DNA of 64,000 bases from Eledone cirrhosa (lineage: Eukaryota). Location of the stretch: contig OZ024742.1 in assembly GCA_964016885.1 (NCBI GenBank), forward strand, positions 206,956,001 through 207,020,000, written 5' to 3'. How positions within the stretch are numbered: position 1 is the stretch's first letter; each line of letters begins with the position of its first letter. The notes under the pieces are model-generated. The model saw only the letters and a list, made by a program, of their open reading frames with translations, was not told the origin of the DNA and ran no database searches. Made by a program: the position numbers and the translations under genes. Of the stretch, positions 1-13,854 are shown piece by piece.

Positions 1-1150
1 TTTTGGTCCTCACGTTGTAGAACATGCTTGAACTTTCTATCCTCTGCTACCCTTTTTGCAAGGTACACTTCTCTCCTAGCTTCTCTCCTGGCCACTTGAT
101 AGTGCTCTCTACTTCCCCCATCCTGCCATACTTTCCAAGCCTGCTTTTTGGCCTTGATTGTCTCTTGCACCTTACTGTTCCACCACCAAGTTACTCTCCT
201 CTTGCCAATAGGTCTGCTCCAGCCACAGATTTCATCCGTTGCTCTCAGCAGGTTCACTTTCAAGAATTGCCACTGTTCCTCTATATTGCACGTCTCTAAT
301 TGCTCTTCCTTATTGTCAAAGGCATCAAGTAATAAGCTTTTAAATTTGTCACTGGCTATGGGGTCCTTCAACTTCCATATTCTTCTCCTCAAGGTAGGCC
401 TCTTCTGTCGTCGAGTACGTCTATTCCTGACTATGAGATCACTAACTATAGGCTATGTTGGGAGGTGCATTCTTCACGGGAGAGGGATTTAGTGTTTACA
501 ACAGACATTTTGTCCCGTCTTCTAGTAAGGATATAATCTATCTGGCTGGCGTGTTCCCCTGATATATAGGTGATTAAGTGGTTTTCACGTTTTTTGAAGT
601 TTGTGTTACAGATAGTTAGGCTATTTGCGTCACAGAATTCCAGGATTCTGAAGCCCTCCTCATTTCTATTTCAAACCCCATAGCCTCCATGGATTCCATC
701 ATAGCCATCACTATGTTGTCCAACGTGACCGTTTAGATCGCCAGCAATAATTAAGTAGTCACTGTCGGTTATTTGGGGGGTAGTGTGCATTAGCATCTCA
801 TAGAACCTGTCCTTTATAACATCAGGTAGACCAGATTGGGGTGCATAAGTAGATATTATTGTCACAGTAGTTCTATTTAGAACTACTCTTAATTCAATTA
901 TTGTGTCATTCACTCTATTTAGGTCAATTACCTTATCTACCCATTTTTCAGCTAACATAATTCCTACACCACCCTGTCCGTTGTCATTTCCCGCCCAGAA
1001 AAGTTTATAGCATCGTTTTTTACCCACGATGAATCTGGCAGACCCCCCCTCTCCACATAGTCTCTTGAATACAACAAACATCAACTTATTTACGTTCAAG
1101 CATCTCTACAACCTCACTTGAGCGACCTTTCAACGTGCCTACGTTCATGG
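1..1150 (-). mobile_element. RTE-clade LINE, 5' part (APE endonuclease), degenerate; continues beyond window start
   Basis: ORFs 1086..1328 and 671..1099 give TMNVGTLKGRSSEVVEMLERK / GVGIMLAEKW / YAPQSG / IAGDLNGHVG, which are APE motifs similar to the copy at 22031. Confidence 0.9.
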
Positions 1151-1375
1151 TACGTTCATGGTACCAACTCTGTAGTTGGGAGGGTGGGATGGATGGGTGT
1201 GTGTGTGTGTGGGGGGGGATTTTGTTGGTCATCTGTGTCTGAAATAAAGAGGGGTCCTTATGTATATATATATATGTATATATATATCGTCTAGCCTCTG
1301 CTAGCATGGAAAAATAAATGTAAAACACTGATGATGATGATGATGATGATGATGATATATATATATATATACACG

Positions 1376-4300
1376 CTAACTGAATTACCCGGCGTTGCCC
1401 GGGTTACTGCTGTTCTTATTCAGATTAGTAAACAATAAATATGATGATATGTTGTCTTTTTCTTCTCATAATTATTTCAAAATAGCTATATTTTATTAAA
1501 AAAATATTAAAATTGTAATGATAATAGAATTATAGCGAGATTACTGGGGGTATGAATGTAACAAAACGAGACATTGTTTGTGTATATAATATTTAATTAA
1601 CGGTAGATAGAATACTTGACATGTCAAAGATAGATGTTAGAATGAAACAAAGTTAGTAGTTACCGTTTTGATTGCCAGGCAAACGCGGCTGGCAGAGGGC
1701 GCCTGGCTAAGGCCAGGCGCCTGTTGGCCAAATTAATGGCAGAGCCAAATGAGAAGACCTGGTGCCGAAAAGGCAAAGAGAGAGAGGAAGCTTAAAGTTG
1801 TTAGTTTTATAGGGCTCTGACCGGAAGTTGCAGAAAGGGTTCCACTTCCCGTCTAGATCCCAATCAAAACAAGGGAGACAACCGCTACATAACCTCCCGC
1901 CAGAATTTTAGTGTATAAAAATCGAAATGAAAATATGTAGCAAGTTGGCGAGAATGTTGTAACAGGCATGAAAATTACGACAAAAGAATGTTTGGAAAAA
2001 TCAATGATAGATATCAAGGTAGCCAACCGCTCTTGGCCAGAGAACGACTGGACATCCATCTATCCATCACCCAAAGATACAATGTAATAAAGTAAAAGTA
2101 ATAGAAGAGCTCAAAGTTCAAAATATAGTTCACAGGTGTGCAATCACATGACAGCTGGAAAGAAAGTGTGTTCCAGAGAATGAATGCAGGTGGTTTCTGT
2201 TCTGTGGTATATCGTGAAATTTCCAACCTCCGAATGGATTTTCTCACAGGAAGAGTGCTGCAAAAATAAATTCTCTGGCTTTGGTGAAGCTGTGTTGATG
2301 TATTGCTGTTGCTGTTATATTGCTGTTGCTGCTGCTGTTGTCTCGCTGAGTGAGCGTATTCGGTGTTTAAATTCACAGTAAAAAAATTTTTTTTTTAGAA
2401 AAAAATGAGTTGCGCAAAGTGCTAGAAATAGCAGCCGAAGTTGATGGTCGATGTTGAGAATGCGTTGACCTGGAAGGGTCAAGAGGCCAGCGACCAGAGA
2501 AATAAGCATTCTTAATAAATGCGCGGTTATCAACGGTAAATTTACATTGTAAATTTATAAACCGGCAAATAGAAGAATATAGCTTAAGGCTGAAGAATCC
2601 CTGGTGATAAATGGCGTGCGGCTGTCTGTGAGTAGAGACATCTCAGTGAATCGAGAATTTATGCTGCCTACACGTGCCAATACAAGGTTGAAAAAAAAAA
2701 ATTTCTAACGCGCGAGAAAATGATAGTGCAATTTTGAAAGTGACAATGATGAAAAAGAAAGGCTTCAATCAGCATAATTATAGGTGTGAACTTTGGAAAA
2801 AAACAAAAAACTTGAACGATGAAGAAAACGAAGAACAAAAGGCAATGGTTCATCGAAAATAAATGTTCCTGTTGAAATGTTTTTTAAAGAATATCAAATT
2901 TCTTTTTTTTTTTTTTTGTGTTTTGAAAGAGTTCGTTGTAAGAAACGAGAAACATATATATATATCGTGAAATGTTTTTTTTGTTTTGAAAGTGTTCGTT
3001 GTAAGAAACGAGAAACATATATATATATATTGGTGAAATGCGACAGTTAATTGATGCGTGAGAGAAAAAGTATGTCTGTGCGAATTCCACATGTGCGTGT
3101 GTGCGTGTCCTTGAGTATTTTCATAGTTTGTCGCTAAATTTGCTGTGTATTCGTAATGTTACTCACAAAACCAGATGTGCTATTTTTTTCTTTTTTTGGG
3201 GGGGTGACCCTTATAGCGATGAACGGCTGCGTGTTCGTATCACGTCAAGGTTACCAATATAGCGAGGATACCGGGTGTATGAATGTAACAAAACGAGACA
3301 TTGTTTGTGTATATAATATTTAATTAACGGTAGATAGAATACTTGACATGTCAAAGATAGATGTTAGAATGAAACAAAGTTAGTAGTTACCGTTTTGATT
3401 GCCAGGCAAACGCGGCTGGCAGAGGGCGCCTGGCTAAGGCCAGGCGCCTGTTGGCCAAATTAATGGCAGAGCCAAATGAGAAGACTCTTGACCTGGTGCC
3501 GAAAAGGCAAAGAGAGAGAGGAAGCTTAAAGTTGTTAGTTTTATAGGGCTCTGACCGGAAGTTGCAGAAAGGGTTCCACTTCCCGTCTAGATCCCAATCA
3601 AAACAAGGGAGACAACCGCTACAGAATTTAGAAATGAAAATCTGTCAATCTTGAAGCACCTTAGGGTAAACAATATTCATTGTGTAATTCTTTGTTGGTG
3701 TTCAAATGGATAAATTGTTGCTACACACTCACACACATACACTCTCACACACATATACTAAGACAGACACACACAGACATACATTCACGCAGGCACACGC
3801 ATAGCTTTTCACCTCATTTTTTTGACAATCGCTACATATGTATATGTATGTGTAGATGTCTGTGTATTTAACAACGTACCTAATGAACGTGCGCACACAC
3901 TCACAGACACATGATATTCATTTACAAAATGTGCCGTGGTTGTGTTGTTTTCTATTGTTTTAATCCAAATGAAAAAAAAATTACTCCACAAACACTCACA
4001 CACACATACACACACACACACACACACACTCTCACATAAACTTAAATACATATACTAAGACAGACGCACACAGACATACATTCACGCACACCTGTCTGCC
4101 ATCACATATTTATCTGTATGTGTAGATGTGTGTGTGTTTAATTCTCTGAGGCCCAACATATGTAACAAACTCGCAAACACACTCACACTCACAGATGCAT
4201 GCACACTCATATAAAATGTGACGTCATAGAACGGTTACTTTAGATAAAATATTATATTGTTTTAATCCAAAGGAAAATAAAAATTACATGTTGACACTCC

Positions 4301-4410
4301 CAGTGTCTAATACTATTACCTTGTAAAATTTGATTTGATTTGGTCCAGCAGTTTCAGAATGCATAGGAACAGACAGACAGAGAGATAAAGAATTTCATAT
4401 ATATATATAT
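1376..4410 (-). mobile_element. Probable non-autonomous Helitron (about 3 kb) with internal duplications
   Basis: Hairpin ACCCGG-cgttgc-CCGGGT at 1387-1404 followed on the minus strand by CAGTTAG (degenerate CTAG end). The opposite end has ggtccagcagttt...(ACAG)n...(TA)n, typical of Helitron 5' regions. 5' TC is eroded. Confidence 0.55.
1548..3622 (+). repeat. Near-identical direct repeat of about 340 bp (about 1548-1888 and 3278-3622) inside the Helitron
   Basis: tatgaatgtaacaaaacgagac...gagacaaccgctaca occurs twice; the second copy has a short insertion after gagaagac. Confidence 0.95.
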
Positions 4411-5369
4411 AATAAAATGTTGTAGTTTGCTTGAAGCATTGTATATATAATATATAACATTGAAAGAGATAGAAGGCTAAACAATGCAAAATTCCCTATA
4501 TGATGAGGTAACGAAAAGTTAGTTGTCTTTTGTTGTTCTTTTTTCCGTCCAATATTTTGTGACCTAAAATTTTCAGTGTGCCAATTTCTTCTCTTTGGGA
4601 TTAAATTTTGATTTAAAATTTTTCTAAGTCCTTTTCAAACGTTTTTTTTATGGTTATTTCACTATTCACCAGAATGACGTCAATTGTCAATGTAGTATTT
4701 CGCGAAATCAATTTTCTTATTGGTATGAGATGTTTAGTTTGTGTGCATATGGGTGTGTCTTTTTATGTTAAGTAAAGTATTGTGTGCTGAGTTCTAATTT
4801 ATTATTTATTTGCGGGATGAGTCTATGTGGCAATTTTTAAATTGCCCACATTTCTATCAATAGTAACGGTAATATGTAGGTTGATGTTTCTACATTTGTC
4901 AATGTGTATTTTGAAGGAGGATACGTGTGTGTTGAGGTGTTCGTTAATGTGAGTGTGGAGTTCTCGTGTCGTGCTACCAATGTAGAACTCCTTACATTTG
5001 TTGTATTTAATCCGGTATACCTCATATGTCTGCTGGCACATACCTGTATCGTGGATAGGGCAGTTAGTCAGTGAGCATTGAATGGTGTTGTCTCTGGATT
5101 GCTTTTGAGACAGGTATCCATGCAGTGAAGAACCGAAGTGTGCTAACTGTATGTCCAGTCCTTCTTTGCAGATAGCTCTCCGGATAGCTGTGGTTATGCT
5201 TTCGAAGAAATGTGGTAATTTCATGAAGCAGGTGTTAGAGGAGGTCTTATGCCTGCGGCTACTTTGATTCTTAAGTCGATGCACTGTGAATGTTGGGTAT
5301 CTGTTTGTCTTCAGTACATCTCTGAAGTGTGTAGTGTGGGTGATCAGGTTCTCTGCTTTGCTACATTTA

Positions 5370-6816
5370 TTCCAGATATGTGTAAGTTAATTTCTTATGT
5401 ATCCTGAGAGCAGGATGTTTGCCAATGTTCTGCGACGGGAAGATCAGAGGCGTGTGGTGTTCCACATTGCAAGGCAGTGTGTCAATGCAAATCAGGATGT
5501 TGTTGGAAATAAATGTGTCCTGAATTATGCCGGTGTACTTAGTAATCAGAAAAAGGAGGTTTGGAAATGTCATTATGAGAGACTGATGAAGGTGCAGAAC
5601 GAATGGGAGAGAGAGAAATTACCCTCAGTAGATCCGACAGAGGGACTAGTTATTGAGATTGACGAATATACGGTCCAAGAGGCGATTAAGGAAATGAAAA
5701 ATGGTAAGGCTGCTGGACCATTGGGGATAGTTTCTGAGATGCTGAGGAGATCAGGGGACGTAGGTACTAAACTGGTTGCACGCATCATCAATCAGGCTAT
5801 ATATGGTGGTGTCACACCCAAATACTGGTGCAGCAGTAATCTCATAAATTGCTACAAAGGTAAAGGGGTTGCCCTGGAGAGGAGCAATTATAGGGGTATA
5901 AAACTGATGGATCAGGTTATGAAGTGGCAGAAAGGATATTAGTACAACTAATTAGAGAAAGGGTCAAACTAGATGAGATGCAGTTTGGTTTTGTGCCTGG
6001 AAAGAGTACAACAGATGCCCTCTTCTTTGTGAGACAATTACAAGAGAGGTTCTTAGAGAAAAATAAGCCACTATACTTAGCCTTTGTTGACCTAGAGAAG
6101 GCCTTTGATAGGGTACCCCGATCTGTCATCTCGTGGTCCCTAAGGAAATTAGGTGTTGAGGAATGACTTGTGAGGACAGTGCAAAATTTGTACAGAGGTA
6201 CTGTCAGTAAAGTCAGAGTAGGAATGGAGTTTAGTGAGGAATTCCAGGTACAAGTAGGAGTACATCAAGGTTCGGTCCTCAGCCCGCTCTTGTTCATTAT
6301 AGTCCTCCAAGCCATAACAGAGGAATTTAAGACTGTCTGTCCATGGGAACTTCTCTATGCTGACGATCTGGTTCTTATAGCAGAATCAGTAGAGGAGCTA
6401 GAGAATAAATTCTGGCTATGGAAACAGCAGTTGGAAGCAAGAGGACTGAGAGTGAACCTAACTAAGACAAAAATGTTTATGAGAAGAAAAGAGGAAAAAA
6501 CTCTGATTCCGTCAGGTAAATGGCCATGTTCGATATGCAGAAAAGGAACTGGCATAAATTCTATAAAATGCACACATGGAGGATGACCGATGGGTGAAGA
6601 AGTGCCAGGAATTGCCAGTTGACGGAAGACGTGGTAGAGGTAGACCACGAAAAACATGGGCGGAGGTGGTGAGAATAGACCTCAGATCACTGAAGCTCAC
6701 GGTGGAGATGACGAAGGACCGTGACTAGTGGAGAGATGCTGTGCTGAATAAGACCCGTCCCACCCTTGCAAGCAGGGAAAAGCGGACGTAAAATGATGAT
6801 GACGATGATGATGATG
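5370..6816 (+). mobile_element. RTE LINE fragment (RT, internal deletion near 6575, 3' end with (GAT)n tail) inserted in Penelope
   Basis: NYRGIKL, QFGFVPG, AFVDLEKAFDRVP, GVHQGSVLSPLLF, LLYADDL; tail gatgatgacgatgatg. Confidence 0.93.
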
Positions 6817-7944
6817 AAATAGGTCTCTGCTGGCAGCTTTCCTATAGAAGTTGGTTTATATAGTACTCCCTTCTCTTACTCTAAGTTGGAAGTCCAGCAG
6901 AGACAAGGAACCATTTTTATCAGGTTATTTTGTGGTAAATCCTATGTTGTTGTCTGTGTTTGAAAATGCCATTGATATTATGTCGGCCTCTTCATGGGAT
7001 ATCATCTATGTATCAGATGAAGAAAACACTGGAGTGACAGGTGTTGAGCGCTCAACGTTCTAGTTGGTTCATACAGGTGATGGCTAGAAGTCCTGAAAGA
7101 CTGAACCCCATGAGTAGGCCTGTTGTTTGTTTGTATGTGTGGTGGTGGAAAGTGAAGTATGTATTTTTTATGATGACAGATGAAGCTGATGTATGTCTTG
7201 TGGAGTGAGGCCGAAGCAATATATGTTATATGAAATGATGCAGTCAGTCACTAGGCTGAGCGCTGGATGAGCAGGTGCTGTCGTGGAGACAATGTCGTAG
7301 CTAAAGGCATATTTGTTGAATTAAAGTTGGTTAGGTTGTAGCTGATGTAGTCTTCGTATGACTTCAACAGAGGTGTTGATGTGTCTATGAAAAGTAGCAA
7401 GCATAGGCTTGAGGATCTGGGAGATGAATGAGGAGATTTTATAGAGGGGTCTTTCCATGCTCGAGACAATTGGTATAATCTGTAGATTAGCACTGGTTTT
7501 GTTGGTTTTAATGAAGTGGTAGAACGTTGATAGTCTGCTGTTCTGGTGGTGAGGTTGTTGGGGAGTTGTCTACATCTGCAGATATCCATCCAGGTGGTGT
7601 TTATGTGATATTCAGTCTGGGATGCAGCTATGTCTGTCACTTCTGTATATAGTTCACCGTTGTTAAGGTGCTCATATGCCAAGCTGTTGTATGTGTCCCT
7701 CAAGATGACGCAGAATTATTTCCCTGTGTCAGAAGGGAGCTATACAAGGTCTTTCTCTCACATGTTTAGAATGAGGTGTTCTTTCCCGGAAAGGTTAGGG
7801 AATACCTTCTTATGTTTCAGTAATATACTAAAAATAGACTGCTTAAGTCTGGAGAGTTTAAGGTAAGGCTCTCGGTTGATAGGCGGTGGGGAGTGTGGGT
7901 GGTCTAAGTGGTATATAGGAAATTTATTGTTGTTCATAGCAGTC

Positions 7945-8290
7945 ACCATCATCATTCATCATTTCATTTTACGTCCGCTTTTTCCCTGCTTACAATGGTA
8001 GGACGGGAACTGATTCTGGCTTGATTTCTACAGCTGGATGCCCTTCCTAACACCAAACTCATTTACAGTGAGTGCTGGGTGCTTTTTTGCCTTGGCACCT
8101 CCACGACCACTTTGCAGTGGAATGATAGGGACTCCAGTCCCTATCATCTCATTTTTACAGCTGAGTAAACTGGAGTAATGTGAAATAAAGTGTCTTGCTC
8201 AAGGAAACAACTCATCACCCGGTCTGAGAATTGAACTCACAACCTTTCGATTGCAAGGCCAATGCTCTAACCACGAAGCCATGTGCCTCC
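7945..8290 (-). mobile_element. tRNA-derived SINE with RTE-like 3' tail
   Basis: Minus strand: A-box TGGCTTCGTGG, B-box GAGTTCAATTC, core CCTTGAGCAAGACACT, then a tail shared with the RTE 3' UTR (gaagggcatccagctgtagaaa...gatgatg). Confidence 0.8.
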
Positions 8291-8784
8291 AGTGGTTATT
8301 ACTGAGAACCATTTGAGTTGGTATGCAGCCCGGCAAAAGCCGGTTTCAAGATTTAGTTTCATCCTGTCGTCTAGTTGCTGAGTTAATATAAATTTTGGGC
8401 CAAGACTGAGGAGTTTAAGTTCTTTGAGTGATAGTCATCCTGTCAAGTCTGTGACAAGAGTTGTGGTATTGTTTGAAGCATCGGTGACCTCAGTGGTGGT
8501 AGTTTCTTGACTGTTGTTGAAGTGTGAAGAATTGCTGTTGCGGTGGTATTTCTTGCAAAGGCATAGGAATTTTCATTTTAGGTGTTTCTTCTTGAGATTG
8601 AGGCGGTTGTGATAACATCGATTTATAGCCACAGTTGTTTTCTGGATTTGTTTTGCAAGGTTTTTGATATGAAATCATGTGTTGAAACAAATATTGTTAT
8701 ATTTGGGGAGGGTCATATTGTTATAACAGTATGACCTTCCCCAAATATAACAATATATATGTATATATACACACACCTACATAT

Positions 8785-9262
8785 ATCATCATCATCATTT
8801 AAAGTACAATCTCCTTTGCTAGCAATGGTTGGACAGGTCATCACCAGTCAATTAGTACTTCTGAGATCTCAAATGAGCTGCAGTAGGGAGGAGCTGTCTG
8901 CATCGCACTTAGATCCATTCTCGCAATCTGCACAATAAAATACATCCAGTCCATTCTGTGATGTGACAGTGCTGATGTTATGATAACAAGTACTGAAACC
9001 ACAATGCAAGGTGGTAGTGCTAGTGCCACTATAAAAAGCATCCAGGCCACCCTGTAAGGTGGTAGTACTGGTAACACAATAGAATGTTCCCAGTACATGC
9101 TGTAAAGCGGTTGGCATAAGGAAGGCCATCTAACCATTGCAACCATGTTAAAAATGGAACATATTAGCAAAATGTGGTCACTTGACTGATCTAGTCCCAT
9201 AATGTGACAGCCTTTCAAACCCATGCACTGGTCAACACCTATGTTCCCCAAAAATTATGATG
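8785..9262. mobile_element. Degenerate RTE/SINE 3'-tail fragments in opposite orientations
   Basis: (CAT)n start at 8785; ctgtaaagcggttggcataaggaaggccatc at about 9100. Confidence 0.5.
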
Positions 9263-9769
9263 CCACAGAAAGACTACTACTTCGAGAGCCAAGAAGTCAT
9301 CATGTGGACTGACTGCATACTTTGAAAGAGATTAACAAGTGAACCCCACCATGTGTATATCTCCCCCCCCCCCCCCAGATTTTCGTTATAATTTTACAAA
9401 AAACCTCAGATAGGTTTTTATAAAATTATAATAATTGATGCCTAAAATGGAACATATGACCCAAACGTATTCCTCCAGCCTGTCTTGGGCAGTAGCTCCA
9501 ATTAGAAATACAGTTAGACCATAATGAACTATTTAATGGAAAGTGGATGTAAAATGATGATGAAAATGATGAATTTTGTTCATAGAATTTCAAAATCATC
9601 AATTATTGAAGGAAATAGATGTATTTGTTTTGCAAGAATTTTATATGAAATCGTGTGTTGAAACAGATATGTTCTACCTGTTTTGAAATGATATTTATTG
9701 CTTAAAATATTTAAAATGTTCATGTATGTATATGCATGGGTGAACAGCATTGGTTGAGCATAGGCCAAA

Positions 9770-10320
9770 ATATCTTGTGATAGCTATTCGATTATGCCCC
9801 TTTATGTACTGAGTTCAAATGCCACCTTTGCTTTTCACCTGGGGTCAGTACAATAAGTAATAGTCAATAAAATAGCTAATAGGGTAGAAGTAATCAGATT
9901 GATAGTATCATTAAATGTATTGGACAAAATGCCTGAGGTATATAGTAACAACAGCAGCAAATAGGCAGTCATATATTCAGTTTGACTGAATGTTTTGCAG
10001 CATCTGTATTGATTTTCTCCACTCTGATTTTAAATCCTGCTGAGGACAACTTTGCCTTTCATCATTTTAAGGGAGATAAACAAAGTACCAGTTCAAGACT
10101 GGGGCCTATCCCTGCCTTTCCAAAGTAGTCACTCTCTCTAGAAGAAATTGGTTGTGTTCAAACTTGGAGAGGAATGGGCTCTGCTAGGTTTCAAATGCCC
10201 CAAACAAGCTGTATATAATGACGGCACCCTTGAGATCCATTGGGTATTAAGGGATTAGTGACAATAGTGATTTAGTACTGACCTTTTAAGTTCAAATCCT
10301 GTCATAGTCAACATCATCTA
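9770..10320 (+). mobile_element. Several degenerate tRNA-SINE remnants (Meta-like core)
   Basis: gagttcaaat...tttgcctttcatc...gataaa...gtaccag motifs, three partial copies. Confidence 0.55.
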
Positions 10321-10334
10321 TCATCCTACTGAGG

Positions 10335-10800
10335 TTGATTTCCCTGCATCTTTTATACAGCTGTCATCTTCCATATGCATTACATGTTTATGCCTTTATG
10401 CCAATGCAGGCTTATTTTTTTGCACTCTACATCTAATTCCATTCATACAAAGTTTTTCTTTCAGCTTGCTTTTGCTATACCATTTATGCACACCAACAAT
10501 TGCATGTGTAATGTTAGGTGTGCATGAAGGATAGAGCATGGATGAATTGAGATAAAAACTGGGTATGAAAGGAATTAAATGTAGTATGTAAGAGAGGAAA
10601 CTGCACGGTATAGAGATGTGATGCATATGTATAATGGTTGCTGTGCAAAGATGTGCCAAGAGATGCCAGAGTAAGAAAATTTCAATAAAAGAAGACTGAA
10701 AAAAACATAAGCAGAGGTGGTTAGATTTGATTTCAAATCGCTGAACTTCCCAGAGCCGAAGATGAAGGATTGCTATGAGTGGAAGAAGGCAGTACTAATC
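10335..10800. mobile_element. Old RTE 3' coding remnants
   Basis: Minus strand resembles LCMNGIRCRVQ...GHV; the plus-strand tail resembles the DL..L.L...M.KD..EW.KAV C-terminus. Confidence 0.5.
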
Positions 10801-12539
10801 CTAACCCTAACCATACAAAGATTGTCAAAGAAAGGGTTGGGAGGACCCTTCAGTTTGTGTCAAAACATGACAACCTCTCTATTGCTAGTTCCACAATAAC
10901 ATGCGCTCATTAGATTGTGGAATCATATGTAAGTAATATGCAGAACCTGGCTTTTCTGGGAGGTCAGTAGCTCCTCTTCAGTACTGACTCAGTTTTTAGA
11001 GACACATCTAATCCTTTCCAGCAAGGAAAGTGGATGTTAAATGATGATGTATATGTAAGTATCTGCGCATGTATGTATTTATGAAAGTGTCTGAATGTTA
11101 TATATATGTCTGAATGGTATATATGTATGTCTGCACATTTAAAAGAATGTACAAACATATGTATGTGCTAAATGTATGTATGCATGCATATTTTATTTAT
11201 AACTTATGTTTTCTACATTATTGTCTAAACATATGTACAAATGTGTTTGTGTGAGAGAGAGTATATATATACATACCCTCATGTGTATTTGTGTAAACTC
11301 ACACACAGAAACACATATATATATACACACATACATCTATGCAGTCACACTTTGCTTGTATATCCCAACATGTGTGTGTATGCCTATGTATGCTAGTATG
11401 TGTGTGTTTCACTGTGTGTATGTATATTTAACATACTCCCCTTGAAATGTACATTTAAATAGTTATAATGAGATCTGATTCCATTCACCTTTGACTTTAA
11501 GCACTAACAAAGGCTTTACTCCTTTACCCCTGTGATCACACATAATCAGTTGCCTGAAAGTATGGTATATATGCGTTTGATATCATGTTGCTATCTCCGA
11601 AGAAATACTCCCATTGCTTGTATTCTTCAAGTATTTTCTTTGAAGATAAATACTTCAAGCCTTTTATTTGCCAAGTTATTCTAAGGTATTGCATAGCATA
11701 GAAATAGTGTTTGGTCAAAAGATACAGCAAGCAGTATAGCATATCCTTTTATATGATATTTGCCGTTGAGTTATTTCTTATATATATATATGTTTCATGC
11801 AAAGATATTGTTTAAGTAGTATCCTTTCTTTTCTGTTAAAATATTTGCTATCATGGACTCCTAATTTGATTGTATCAATGCCCAAGGCGACAGGATACCA
11901 ACCAGCTAAATGTTCAAATCATACCACCAGCTGTCTGTGTCAATAGCATTTACTTCTCAAATTGTATCACCTAATTGTAAATATGTTGACATTGTAAATA
12001 AATAACAGTGGACATATTATTGCTTAGTTTGGAGAGAGAGAGCAATGCCTGAATGCTTGCAACAGAGTGGACTCTGATAAATGTACTCAGGGGTTTGATG
12101 GTGGTCTTAAGCTGATAGACAGATTAAGACTACCACTCAGTATGTAAAGACCAAGTAAAAAAATATGACAAAGCATCTCTTCAAATGGACTAATGATTGC
12201 ATCAACCCATTATCCTAGATTGAGCTTTTGTTTATTGAACCTGGATAAATGGCAAAATTGACCTCAGTGGGATTTCAACTCAGAATGCATGGAGAGGGAA
12301 TATATGACAAAGCTGAAATGTTACCAACCAATACAAGAAATGCTTCATATCTTGCCAATAGTACTGTTCATGTCTAGAACATATAAGTTTGAAATGACAC
12401 AGTCCATTTAGTTGTAAATCAGTAGATACTGGATGGTTATACAGTGGAACAGTGTAAAAGTTCCTGAGTGTTTCATTAGGTCCTGAAAAAGCCTTGAAGA
12501 TGGATGGAGTTTGCCATCATAGATACAATAAATGAAGAA

Positions 12540-13450
12540 GCAATCTTGTTCTCAAGTTTATTCAGTAAATGTAAAGGCATACTGTAATTATTGCTTTAAA
12601 TACAGAGTGTTGCAATTTAGCAGTTGCACACTTCCTGAAAGTTGCATGGTTGTTTGCTGTCAAAGTTTGTAAAGAGCTGGTAACCAGCACACCAACATCT
12701 GTAGGAAAGGTGCAGAAAATTATTGATAAGAACTTAAAAGTCAATTAGTGTCATTGCTAAGGAGCTCAAAGTTTCAAGGTACACTGTTGGAAGAATTGTG
12801 TATGAGGACATTTGATACAAGTCATATGTGATGTGGAGAGACTAATTCATGTCTGCAAACTGCTTATTGAGCAAGTTGAAACATCAGGTGCCTGGAATGT
12901 TCTGGTTTTTCTCTGAGAAAAACTTTGATCAAAGGTGTGATAGATGGTTATGCAGAGACCCTAAAGACATTCCAATGGTCATGCATACGAACTTTCTTGC
13001 AACTATGATTGCTCTGAGAGTCATGAGCAATGAAGGAAACGTTATGCTTCCTTATTTCTTTCCTCGGAGCTTAAGGTGCTGACTATTAGGAGGTGTTGGA
13101 GATGGTTGTGAGGCCTTGGATAGAAAGCATAAGCGAATTAAGATGATACACCTACTGACAAGACTCTGCACCATCTCAGAAGGCCAAGATGACCCAAGAA
13201 TGGATGAGTTAAAATCTCTAAAATCATGTCACTCTAAACACATGGCCTACTAGTTCTCCAGACCTGAATCTGTTCGACTATTACATATGGGGTGTAGTCA
13301 ATAAGGATATCAATCAACACTATAAAATCTCTGAAGATCACTATAACTAGCACAATGTCTACAATAGATGAAGATTATCTGAGTCAGGCATGTCAATGCT
13401 TCAGACCTTCATTGAGTGGATATGTCAAGAAGAGTCACAAATAAAGCTCT
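12540..13450 (+). mobile_element. Tc1/mariner superfamily (maT/DD37D-like) transposase remnant
   Basis: WFFSEKNFDQ...VMSNEGNVMLPYFF (ORF 12849..13082), then QDSAPSQKAKMTQEW and WPTSSPDLNLFDYYIWG with stops and frameshifts. Confidence 0.8.
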
Positions 13451-13854
13451 TCTTTCACGACTTATGTGACTTTTACTAAATTCATGCAAATGTCTTCAAC
13501 GAACTGAACAACCCTATATTTCTTTCGTGGTCTTCAAAATTACCAGAAAGAAGGAAGAAAGTTTGCATCAAATCATGTACTTGCAACAAAGCAAATTCTT
13601 CTAAAGCTGCCCAATGACCAGGATATGGGGTTACACTGGATGACAGATTATGTCTACCACCCAAGAACTTAGAATGCAAAGAACTGGAATAAATACCACA
13701 AGGCATCTCATTCAATACTCTAACAATTCTACCAATCAAACAATCTATACTGGTATCTTTGTAAAACAGAGGTATGTCACTCTCCTCATCCTTTTCTGGA
13801 TAAATCCCATGTGTCACAGTTTTTTGCGACACATCCCATCAACTCTGTCTTTGA

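Larger units (their letters stand above)
4440..8756 (-). mobile_element. Penelope-like element (RT + GIY-YIG), degenerate, interrupted by an RTE and a SINE
   Basis: ORF 4823..5284 has CSLTNCPI...VYRIKYNKCKEFYIGSTTRELHTHINEH (GIY-YIG). RT remnants at 6820-7945 (ORF 7251..7703). The 5' end at 8650-8756 shares a motif with the 60.1 kb Penelope terminus. Confidence 0.8.

Noticed and set aside
11536-11742. 68-aa minus-strand ORF that reads like protein
   Set aside because: No canonical donor or recognisable domain.
13482-13832. 116-aa minus-strand ORF in unique sequence
   Set aside because: No recognisable homology and no convincing splice partner; cannot be supported without data.
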